From: Amphiscolops sp. MND2022
Lineage: Eukaryota
Reading direction: 5' to 3'
Assembly (NCBI GenBank): GCA_964187785.1
Contig: CAXLNC010001375.1
Coordinates: 1 to 64,000 of the forward strand
DNA: 64,000 nt
The notes under the pieces were generated by a model, which was given only the letters and a program-made list of their open reading frames with translations, had not been told where the DNA came from and searched no databases. Each line of letters begins with the position of its first letter. Within the stretch, counting starts at the first letter, position 1. Shown here in pieces: positions 52,374 to 64,000 of the stretch. The position numbers and the translations under genes are program-made.

Positions 52374-55300
52374 AAAACATGAACACGAATACATATAATC
52401 CAACTTTTAACAATTCACCTCTTTCAAATTCCCCAATACTACCTTTTACACGTCTACTTTTACAACGATCAAGTCCAATCTAAAATCCTTCAAATCTAGA
52501 TTTTGAACGATTAAGTCAAAAATACGCACAATATTATTTCTACCTTTTAGAACAACAAATACAAAACAATTCAAAATCACCAACTTAAAGTATACAACAG
52601 AACACCATTAATTTTTTCAACACTTACTATCTTTAAACAACATAGTATGTGGGAAAAACTTACTACAAAAATCCTTATTACCACATATACATTTTCTGTT
52701 TTATTCCTATTTTGCATACTGTTGGAAAAGATACTTACAACAATATCTACACTCTAACATGAAAAATGTAATCTCAGAAGCACTCAAAATAATAACTCAT
52801 CTCTAATATGACATCTTCCATTTCTCTCCCTTCACCTTTTGAAATACCTTACATTAAAAATGCAAAATTAGTAAAACTCGAAATTAAACCATTCTTATAC
52901 AACATTGTGTACAATTATACTAGACCACTCTCATTTGAAAATGAACCTTATACTCTTGAAACAATCCCTTTTATTAGAGAACATTTGGATTCATATCTCT
53001 TCTATATTAGAAATAGATCTACAATTGCCTCTACGGAATACCCATCTTTTCAAATTACCTTTCCTCATCAAGAAACATCCTCAATTAGAACATATCCAAA
53101 AACAATTAATCCAATCAATCTCCAAATCCCTAATCGCTATTCGGGAAGTTTTCTATGCTTTCCTCAATAAAGTAAAAGAATTTAACATAACACTCGAAAA
53201 CAGAAAATTTAGTCCAAATGCACTTAAAAAACTTGAACAATATATACATAATTTCGAAGTAGAAGATCTAGAAAGACTAATTGTAACTCACAATAATCTT
53301 CATCATTGGTTACGAACAGATATAGTCCAAATACAAAATTTTCTATATCATTATTTCAAAAATATAACATTAAACGAACAGACAAAATCTCAAACTAAAT
53401 TGACATCCCTATTTTTTAGAAAATATTTCAGATTTAATTATCAACTATTATGGTCACTACAAGACCAACCTGCTTTCGCAGCATTCCATAATCATTTCAC
53501 AGCTGACGAATGTTTACCATTCATCATAAATGAACATATTGAATATCCTTACTTTGTAAAATTAGATACAATAACAAAACAAGCTATAGATTATATTTCC
53601 TTTAACCCTCGTTTAATCACAGAAAACAATCTTCACGATGACAATAGACCTTATCGCTATCAACAAAATTTCCAAGAATAACAAGATATAAATTTTAACA
53701 ATGACTATGATGAAAATGACACTAATAATGAAGAATTTACGCCTCAAAACCAAAATGAAGATGACATCAATAATGAAGAATATGTAAATGAAAATCAAAA
53801 TGGAAATCGTAATGAAGATAAAACACTCAATATAAATGAAAATAATGCAAGTGAATATACCACTCCAGAATCTACAACTTCGGCACAAAATACATCACAA
53901 ATTGAGACATCAACAAATACTCAATTCGTTAGAGTTCCAACTAGAATAGTTAGTCCAAGACAAAACACACAAGCTTCACAATCATATTCAGAAACACTTC
54001 CACATCGTAACATAACTTTTACCTTTCCACCAAGTCCAGAAGAAACAACACAAGATGGATCCCAAAATATTACTTCTAGTCGTGATATTTCTGTTAATGT
54101 TTTATCGCCCACAAGAAATATTCCTAATATTACACGAAATACAACTCGACCCATATACGATCCTCCATCAGTTCCTTCTGTCTTCAAATATTCTAATGAA
54201 ACAAGTCAACCAGAAAATCATTATAATAATAATTTACCAACTTCTAATCAATTTTATGATCCATTTAATTACTCCTTTTTTCCATCAGTTAATACAAATA
54301 CTCAAACTAATAATACTCAAAATGCATCCCATTCTAACTATAATATTAATTCAACAACACAACACCCATATCCACATTTATTACAACCTAACTCTTCAAA
54401 AGTAAATTGCCTTCACAAAATAAAAGAACATCGTACTCAAGTATTGTACAACCTTCTCATAGAAGATCTCAAAATCCTCCACTTTCACATATATCTACTT
54501 TCCCTCTATACCAAATGAATCAACAAACAACGTATAATCCTAATACTATTCCATCACCCGTAAACATGGAACAATCTGTAGTTCCTCAGCCTCAATACAT
54601 ACCAATACAACAAGATACATTTATCAACACATCAGCTTCAATACCAGAACCCATGAAACCTTTCGACGGTTTAGACCATTCGTATACTCCAGAAGAATAT
54701 TTACAACAAGTTGAAGCACGATTAACCTTCGCTATAGGTGAAGAACCTCTAAATAACCCTGTCAAATATAAATCATGGCATAATAGACGTATGGCATACA
54801 TACAATGTTCTTTAGTTGGAACAGCTGTTGATTGGTATACTACTCTTCACATCTCATATGAACAACAATGGAACTCGTTCGTACAACTATTTAAAAAACA
54901 ATTCTCATCTCAAAAGACCGCTTATTACGCACAAGTAGAAGCAATGTCACTCATGAAAAAAAAATAAAGAAACAGTACGCCATTTTGCCCTTAGAGTACA
55001 ACACTTAGTCAAAAAGGGATGGTGTAACGAAAATGCAGCTACTATAAATCTAAAAAATAAGGAAGTTTTTACAAAAGGACTACCCAAAAAACTAAAAGAT
55101 TTCGCTCACAAAAGACAAGTTAAACATATATCAACATAACTTGAACCATCAATACCGTTTCACACACTTTGTCAACATGTTGATTCTGAAGATATCGCTA
55201 ATGAAAAAATAGGAACAAATGATTTAGCTTTAGAAATAAACAAAGTATCTATTGAAGATAATATTAACTTCGAAGATAATAAAGACAATAGGAACCAAAA

Positions 55301-55950
55301 TTTGACCATATATTGGTTACTCAATCTGGAGACCCAAACAATAAAAGCAAACCAGCATATAAAAAATATTGTTCCTATTGTCACAAAAACAATCATGGTA
55401 TTTCCAACTGTTATCAAAAACAACGTGATGAAGAATATCAAAGATATAAAAATCAGAGATCAAGACTCCTCAACAGTCCTTTTTACAATATGTCCGCAGT
55501 AAACCTAGTAATTCACAAGAAAATCGAAATGAAAACAAAAATGATTATTTTTCTGGATAACGACCATACAAGATCTAACCAAAATACTACTCCTATTACA
55601 ACGACAGATATAGATATAAAGACAGATATAGAAGTAATAGTAGAGATTATTCACAAAATAATTACCGATCTAACTCTCGACAAAGATATTACAATAGATC
55701 TCTAAGTCCTTACTCATCTAGATCCAGATGTGACAATTATTATCAAAGAAGAAACCCATCTAGATCTCCATATAGATCTCCATATAGAAACAACTCTAAT
55801 CACAGATACAATTCGCGATCAAGATATAGATCTCGTTCTCAATCACAAGGAAACTCTTTTAGAAGATACAATTATCCGAACCGATTTCCATCTAGAGCAA
55901 GAGATTATAGATCAAGATCTAGAACACCTTCACAAAATAGACAACAAATC
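52374..55950 (+). pseudogene. gag: Copy D long gag: N-terminal domain, N/T/S/P-rich linker, capsid, CCHC knuckle, RS-rich tail
   Basis: ORF 52905..53681 continues in frame past one TAA; KPFDGLDHSYTPEEYLQQVEARL...WY...FKKQFS capsid (54640-55260); CSYCHKNNHGISNC (55370-55411); RS-rich 55621-55950. Confidence 0.85.
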
Positions 55951-56451
55951 AAAATAAATCAAGTAGATGTTATATCTACCAATGACAAAGATAGTACTAA
56001 ATTTGAAATTCATACATGCCAAATAACTGAGATTGCTAATACAATTACTCCTTATAGTTGGTTTTATCAACTATTTATACATGCCTCTGAAAGAAAAGAC
56101 AACATAGTACCTTCGAAACTAGAAATCTTATTTCTCTTAGATACTGGAGCTTCTATTTCAGTTTTGAATCTACCATCATTTCACGTTATTGCAAAACAAC
56201 TAAATCTCAACGTACCAAAAAATATTGAAAATAAAAGAACAAAAACTGTTACATTTGCTAATCAAACTGAAGTACCAATAATACATTACGTTTCAATGAC
56301 ATGTTTTACAGAAGTCAATCATCAAAATCGATCTTTCAATATCGAATTTGCAGTAGCAAATATTAAATACAACATTATTGGAGCACCTTTCTTCAAGAGA
56401 AGTATCCAAAATATAGATTTTCAACAAAATATTATGATTTACAAAAATTAA
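55951..56451 (+). pseudogene. pol: Copy D aspartic protease, in frame with the Gag C-terminus
   Basis: LFLLDTGASISVL (D codon at 56140) and NIIGAPF; frame open from 55621. Confidence 0.9.
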
Positions 56452-57149
56452 CATCCAAAACCTATAAAAACACACTTTTCAACATTTACTGAAAAAGATT
56501 ATCCTTATATTTCATACATCTATACTAATAAAAGTAAGGAACCAATCCAAAGACTATACACTTTCCAATTCCAAATTACCTTCACTTACACTTTGAACTA
56601 GAAGATAATACAAAATTTTATCAATCAAACACATATACATAATTTTCCCAAAAATTTGAAGATATCTTTCACTTTTTAGACATGATAATCAATGATAAAA
56701 ACAAAGACTCTTGTTCAACAATAATTCAAAACTTTACATCTCACCCAGCTACACTACCACGAGGAATTATTGGATATATAGAGATCCCTATTATTCAAAC
56801 AACACCTCCTCATTATAGAGTTCAAGATGTAAACTAACTTATTCATTCAGTAATACATACCTATCTTCCTGATACTACCATTCCAATTAAACAAAATGAC
56901 TATACAGATATGAACTTATGTACTCGAATAATTCCACAATCCTCAGTAGAAATATATAAAATAGTAATAAATGATAAAACAATTCAATTACCCATACCCT
57001 CTATCACAAGAAACCTCCGACCCTCAGATAAAATTAGAAAGGATTTTCCATCATTTTCATATACTACAGAAAATCAACAATTTATTAAAAAAAGTTCAAC
57101 TTTGAATATTCAGATCTTACTGATATTGAATATGTAATCCTTTGTAACA

Positions 57150-58138
57150 TCCTCATTAACAATCAACAATGTTACGCTAAACACAAAAATGACGTAGGAA
57201 AAATTTCTACTCCTTTCCGAATTAGAATTAAAGACAATTGTAAACTTCAAACACAAAGACCTTCTAAAGTACCGATTCATTATCGAGATAGATTAAACAA
57301 ACTCTTTGTAGAACTTGAAAAATACAATATAATTAAACAAATTGGCTCCACACCAGACGAAAAACACACTATTGGAACAACATTCTTGAATCCTCTAATC
57401 ATAATCCCTAAAGGAGACGCAATAAAAGTTGTTTTAGATGCCAGACATTTAACCTCAAATACTAATCAAGAATTTGAATCTTGGCCCATTGAACCTTTAG
57501 CTCCTCAATTGGCTAGAGCTAACACAAAATACAAATCGACTATAGATTTAATGTATGCATATGCTCATACTCCACTAGATGAAGAAACAATAAAACTTGA
57601 AGGATTTTCATCCGGAGACAATATGTATGCCTTTATCCGTGGATTCTATGGATTAAAAGGACTCCCAAATTTTTTCACAAAACAAATGTTAACCTTCTTC
57701 AGATCACTCATAGACAAACGTTCTGCACTAGTAAACATTGATGATATACTACTTTTAGCAGATGAGAAACATGAAATGATTGGACTTATCAAAGAACTCC
57801 ATAAAATAGCTACAAAAGATACTCTCAAACTTGCACCCGAAAAATCATTCTACAGGTTACTCAAAGTAAAATTCCTTGGACATGAGATAAGGAATAACAC
57901 AATAAAACCAATCCCATCAAAAATTGAAGCCTTTAAAAGAATCCCATCACCAAAAGAAAAGAAAGATGTTATGCAATTTTTAGGCAGTGTAAATTTTTTT
58001 TCAAAATTCGTTGAAAAATTACACATCAATCTAAATCCACTATACACCCTAATACATGATGATGTTAAATTTCAATGGACACCAGAATTAGAAAAAAATA
58101 TTTCAAGATGTTACAAACGCAATGACAGCAGAAACTGA
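57150..58138 (+). pseudogene. pol: Copy D reverse transcriptase
   Basis: NPLIIIPK..KVVLDAR, STIDL, GFYGLKGLP, NIDD (57734; YIDD/YVDD in B and A), KFLGHEI, FLGSVNF. Confidence 0.95.
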
Positions 58139-58139
58139 A

Positions 58140-58545
58140 TTGACCATACCCAACACAAAACATCCATTTTTTATAACAGTTGATGCGTCCTTAGTTGGTT
58201 TAGGCGCAGTCCTATTCCAAATGAATGAAGAAGATAAAATGAGAGTTATTACTTAGAATTCACGAAACCTTAATACACGGGAACAAAAACTTTCAACACT
58301 AGAGAGAGAACTCCTCGCAATAGTCTATGCATTACAAATACATGAATTTTTTATCATTGGATCTCCTCATCCAATATACATATTTACAGATCACAAACCT
58401 TTACTACACTGTTTTGCAAAAAAAGGAAACCTTAGTCCAAGATTTTATAGAGCACAAATGCAATTAACAAAATTCTCCAAACTAAAAATAAAAAATTATC
58501 CGTACTCCTGGAAAAAACTTAACTGTAGCAGACATGCTTTCAAGA
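58140..58545 (+). pseudogene. pol: Copy D RNase H (Ty3/gypsy type)
   Basis: TVDASLVGLGAVLFQ, ERELLAIV, FTDHKPL, VADM. Confidence 0.92.
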
Positions 58546-59339
58546 ACTTTCACGAAAGAACAATTACAACTACACCAAGTACGACACAAACAATTGCCAC
58601 CTTAAGTCGATTTTTCTATTATGAAAGACAATCAACTTAAACCTGTACACTATTTAGTAAAACACGCAGAAATCAAATATAACCAAAAAAAATGATTGCC
58701 ACCCTATTCTCGCTGATTATGGTGAAGATCAATTCTCAATTCGCATCAATAACAAAAGAGAAGATATTCATATCAAAACCCTAGATTCATTTTCCTTCCA
58801 ATCCATTGTTCCGTTTGAATCTAAATACAAAAGACCTACAAAGAATCAAGCAAAAACACTTCTACAACAATCAACCATCCTCAATGACACTGATATTCTT
58901 AGTGATGAAGAAGAAATAAATCAATCACAAAATATGAGCAATCAAAATACAAATACATTTCAAGAACAAACACTAGCTATACAATACCCCACCAAATCCG
59001 ATTACTGTAATCAACAAGTTCCATTTTTTGACTCATCTTTCTTTAAATATAAAAAACATTTCCATTACTTTTTCTTACCAGAAAATACTCAAATAACAAT
59101 TGAAACTAAAAAATCTCAACAAAAACAAGACCCTGTTTTACAGAAAGTCTACCACTGGTTAGAGATTAATGAAAGACCTTCACAAATTGACCCAATAATA
59201 TCAAGTATTTCTTTTCTATAAGTTTACTACAAACTCTTCAACCAACTGTACTTCAATCACGATACAAAAATCATTCATGATTCAAATCCAAATCAAAAAG
59301 ATAAAATATGTTAACCATTCAAACTATTCCAGGCTGCTT

Positions 59340-60816
59340 TGAATAAACTTCATGCACATGGACACTCTGGAATCAAAAGATCCATTAAAGCTTTTAACCA
59401 TTTTTATTTTATACCATATTTAAACAAATGGATGTCGATATTCATTCATGATTGTATCGAATGTCAACAAAACAAACAATAACCAAAAAATTCAAACTGC
59501 AACGGTACTGATTTTTTCAGAAAATGCTTCCTACCGTCACAACAAAACTCATATTTTCATGTAATAGTAGACGCTTTTAGCCATTTTGTAGTAACAATCC
59601 CTATTAAACAAAACAATGCTCAAAACGCTGTTAATTCCTTATTACATCATTGGATTACCAAATTTGGACCTCCTGTATGTCCAGTTACAGATCGTGGTTC
59701 AGAATATATTAATTCTGAACTTGCAAATCTTTGTACTACAATGGGAATCAGACATTCACCAAGAACTCCTTATGCACCATGGACAAATGGTTTAGTTGAA
59801 AATCAAAACAAAAACCTCGGAACCCATCTTCAACTTTTTTACATAACACACCAGAGAATTGGTCTACCCAAGTCCATATGTACGCTTATGCACATAATTC
59901 ACAACCACTTTCTGAATTAAATCATTCACCATTTGAAATAGTATTTCACACTATACCTAGGATACCCATCAATTTTGAACTCAATCTTCAAAAAGATACT
60001 TGTAGAAATTGCACTTCTCAAAATTGTCAAGATTTACCACTCCATATACACTATGAAAAATCAAATTTAAACCCTGTCTTCCATAAAATACTATCAAAAC
60101 CAATTCCACAAGGGATCTTGGCTACTGAAACTGCTATGATTCAAATATATCACACTGTTTATGAGAACATAAAAAGAAAAATTAATTCATTTGCTTATTT
60201 TAACAAAACATACAATAACCCAAGACCCTTAGACATTGGCACATTTGTATTGAAAAGAAATTATCTCCATGTTCATTTTTCAGATAAATTAAAACCTCTC
60301 AGAATTGGACCTTTTAAAATCATAAACAAAATTTCTGACATTACATATGAAATTGTTAACCAAGACGGTTACACTTCACTTTTTCATAGAAACCATTTAG
60401 TTCCCTATTACCCAAAAGAACCAATCATTTTCCCTTTTATACAACATTATCATCCTCATTCAAATATCAATAATGACAGTAATAAATCGAATTTAAACAA
60501 TTCAATTAAATCCTTTGACTCTTCCCCTGATGAAGAACAATCTACTGAAGATGAAGATAACTCATTTGCAAATTCTAATAAAGAAACGGAAATACCATCC
60601 ACAATTGATTTTCAACCAGAATTATTTAACCAATACTCCCCATTTCCGTATCAACAAATGAAACAAAAAACTAATAATACCAACGCAGAAGACCAATCTG
60701 ATATCCATGACTATGATAACTATATTAACACCCGAAGACACACCTATGACAGATACAATTTCCGCTCACACTATCAACTCTTTCTTGATGAAAAGGATAT
60801 ACCTTCATTTTCCTGA
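59340..60816 (+). pseudogene. pol: Copy D integrase with C-terminal GPF/SH3-like domain
   Basis: HAHGH...CIEC; VDAFSH; VTDRGSEY; GLVE; RIGPFKI..HRNHL. The first catalytic Asp segment (DTKGP in copy B) is deleted at ~59530. Confidence 0.92.
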
Positions 60817-61091
60817 AATCCTGCTGAAAGAAAGTTGAAAAGGTCGAAGATAAAAGAAAGTTGAAGAATATTGGAAAAATAGAAATTCAAATAAAGAAAA
60901 GCAAAAATACAAAAAAAATATAAATTGAGACAAAACTTGAAATTCTAAAGAAATAACAATAATTATACTTCAAAATTGATAGCCATAGACCTTCACCCTC
61001 ATCAATAAGAAATAATTCGTCATCTAGTTCAACACATTCATTCCAAGTTTTACCTGAATATACTGCATTTTTAAACTCAGACACAGACATA

Positions 61092-62405
61092 TTGGATTCC
61101 TCATCCTCAAACCACAGCCCATCTGCTCCATATTCTCCTGATAGAGCAACAGTAACACCCAATAATACACCAATACTCCAAACTCAAACATCAGTAAAAA
61201 CAACTGAACCACAAAATATTATAACAACTCAACCACAACCCAGTTCACGAAATTTGCCATTTTTAGAAACAAATTCACCAACAAGTGACTCTTGTGGTGA
61301 ATCACTTACAACTCAAAATGACGTACAAGATACTTCGAGTATCTTAAACAGACCTCCTCTTCCACCAATTCCTACTACTAGAACTTCACTTATTCCTGAC
61401 CCTAGCTCAGTTCTCCAATATATTGGTTCTTGTTCACATAAATAACCAACTGCAACAAAAACACATAGAAAAACGTCTATACCAACACTACCAAAGAACT
61501 CTGCTTTATCTTCAACAAGCCAAACCCCAATAAAAACTATACCAGAACATACAACTATTTCACCATCTGAACTAAATTCATTTACTTTTTCTCAATTATA
61601 CCCAAGATTAGATTGATTACAACCTACAACTGTTTCTTCCTTAACTGATTTATACAATAAAGACACAGACTCTGATTCAACTGCTAGCACCAGAGTACCA
61701 AGACATAGTTATAATCTTCGATCTCGATCAAGAAGAAACTCTCAAGAATTACAATCCTTAACTAGTTCAAGTACAAATTCAAGACTAATTAGACAACAAG
61801 CACAACCCAGATCAGAATCTCTTCTCTTTCCTCATCTCAGCATACAATACCATCTTCTTTATCGCTACCATTTCAAATCACCTCAGGATTTGAATCAGCA
61901 TCTCTTATTTCAGAAGGTCCCCAAACTCTATCAGATAGCGCCGCTAACTTTTCACGAGTTTATTCACCTAGTTCAATACGATCTGATTCATCCATACAAT
62001 TACCCTAATATTTTCTAGAAGAATTTTCAAGACCTCCTTCACCTAACCCACACGAATATCCTATCCGTGTTAACTCAAAAATCATTCGTAGTCTTACCGA
62101 AGACCCTCGATATACTATACTTCCAGCTAGATATATAAATAACAGTTCTCTTTCAAAACAAAGGAAACAAAGAGAATTACGAAGATTACAAGAAGATCAA
62201 TTACTTTTAAAATTTGAAGTAGAAGTGACATTCAGCTCCTTAAATCCCCATCCATTATCTCTTTCAACAAGAGTAGCACACAAAACAACTCCTTCACAAT
62301 ATCAAAATCTTATCTTTGTGACGCAGACGTACCAGAAATTAGAACAGGTCATATAAACTTCTTTAATCCCTATTCAGGACTTAATTACAGAACTATATTT
62401 TAACC
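61092..62405 (+). pseudogene. S/T/P-rich pre-env ORF ending in the conserved Env-leader domain
   Basis: ORF 61092..61445 and continuations; YPIRV, FEVEVTFSSLNPHP, FFNPYSG motifs shared with copies A-C. Confidence 0.6.
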
Positions 62406-64000
62406 ATGAATAATATACCCTTCAAATTATACATTGTATACATATTACACGTCGTTAAATATGCATACATAATACACATAGTTCATTCCACCTCAGTTCC
62501 TAAAGTTGACACGACAAATCAAGAAAATCATATTTCAGAACAAGACCCAAATAATTTAAACCTTATGGTATCTCATTATGATTGTGCAAAACAAAACAAC
62601 TTAAGACAGTTTAGTCTTTTAAATGTTGAACCATGTAAACAAGCACCCTCAGATATACAACACACAAAAACTCAAGCAACAGTATATGTTAGAGCAAAAG
62701 CAAAAAGAATTAAAGCCTTCAAATGTGAAGCATATATAAAAACCGAAGAGGTTTGGTGTTCACAAACTTTTTCATCCAGTAGAAGATATGATCGTTTACA
62801 AAGGGGACAAAATACATTAGAAATCCCAAAAATACTTGACCCTATTGAATGCAAAAACATGATAAGATATTTGAACGCAACTGATAGTAACGAATTAAAC
62901 AATTATAATATACAAAATTCCATCTCATTTTTCGATGATAGAGATTATCAAAACAAAATTGAACAAATACAACAACCATTTAGAGTAGAAAAATTGAATG
63001 CTTGGCAAATTGGAACCTTCGTATATGACGAGCATTACCAAGATTGGATAGTTAACTTTACACAAATATATTATTCAAGATGTAGAAGCCACCGAGAACA
63101 CTTAATCACTCGAAAAAGTTGGAAACTCAGAATAACTAATGCTGAAATAACATATGATGATAGAAATAACCAAATGATCCACGATGGATATATACTACCA
63201 TGTTATCATTCTGATGGATTTTGTAAACCAACAACAAGAACTCCATACCCATTAACATGGTTTGATGAAAAATTTTGCCTTATATTCCGATTACAAGAAT
63301 TCATTGGAAAAATGACAAGAAATAAAGACCGATATTGGATAGAAACTGACAATTTTATTGAATCCTCAAACATTACACAAAACCTTCAGACCGAAGGAAT
63401 ACAAGGAACAAAATATCCCAATGTTAAAACACCACAATCAACCGTAGCAAATCCAAGTCTTTCTCGATTCGAAATGTACCCAATAGCACAAACCTTTTGT
63501 GGAAAACCAGAACCATTATATTCAACACAATATGAAGATATCTTTGTTACATATTTAGATGGTTTTGACATGAGTAATGGACAACCACGACCACACTCAA
63601 TAATAGATCAAAAAACTAGTGAAAAATACAATTTGATACTTCTAATCAAAAATATATTTTTCCCGCACTCAATGTATCAAACAATTTTGCCACTTTAGAT
63701 TATTTTGCTCATATAAAAACAAAAATTGACTCCAAAAAAATCACGTCTTCAAATCAATGAAAGTACAAGAATGAAATACTCTTCATACAGTATGTGAACT
63801 AGAAAGAACACAATTGTTAACAATCTTAGCTATGTCAGTTAAGAATCCTCAATTAGCCGGTTTTGTCCTAACTGGAAACCGTAGTAAATTCTTATATGTT
63901 GAAGGATCTACAGCATGGCTACATGATTACCCTCATTTTATATCACCTCTGTATAAAGCAGATAAATGCTTTGATAGAATTCCCATACACTATAGAGAAA
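62406..64000 (+). CDS. env: Copy D env: class III (chuvirus G/gB-like) fusion glycoprotein, frameshifted near 63610, truncated by window end
   Basis: 430 aa ORF: hydrophobic N-terminus, HYDC...C...FKCEA...C, LPCYHSDGFC, TFCGKPEPLYSTQY; continues in another frame as CELERTQLLTILAMS...CFDRIP. Confidence 0.85.

Larger units (their letters stand above)
50196..64000 (+). mobile_element. Env-bearing Ty3/gypsy-like retroelement copy D (best preserved; runs off the window)
   Basis: Leader, gag, PR, RT, RH, IN and env in order; scattered frameshifts and stops. Confidence 0.92.

Noticed and set aside
57150-60816. Calling copy D a true vertebrate-type retrovirus
   Set aside because: RH follows RT directly with gypsy-type motifs and no tether domain, and env is class III-like; only phylogeny could change this.
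61092-61150. PSAP (and PPFY at ~39650) as viral late domains
   Set aside because: Four-residue motifs in Pro-rich low-complexity regions, not conserved between copies; chance is likely.

Overview
AT-rich eukaryotic (animal-like) genomic scaffold with two N gaps, almost entirely made of nested, decayed mobile DNA. Three + strand exons (682-828, 47388-47474, ~48407-48624) join in frame into the C-terminal part of a multi-pass membrane protein, implying a ~46.5 kb intron. That intron holds a tandemly duplicated Polinton-type PolB pseudogene (each copy with a SINE), a conventional env-less Ty3/gypsy element, a Tc1 element with nested insertions, and three decayed copies (A, B, C) of an unusual large retroelement family. 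A fourth, best-preserved copy (D, ~50.2 kb to window end) shows the layout: long structured leader; Gag (conserved N-terminal domain, disordered linker, capsid, CCHC knuckle, RS-rich tail) in frame with PR-RT-RH-IN; then an S/T/P-rich region and conserved leader preceding a class III (chuvirus-G/herpesvirus gB-like) fusogen Env. Copies A-C also share a conserved orphan ORF downstream of env. All copies carry stops or frameshifts. Boundaries of decayed domains are approximate; family assignments come from motifs recognised by eye, not database searches.
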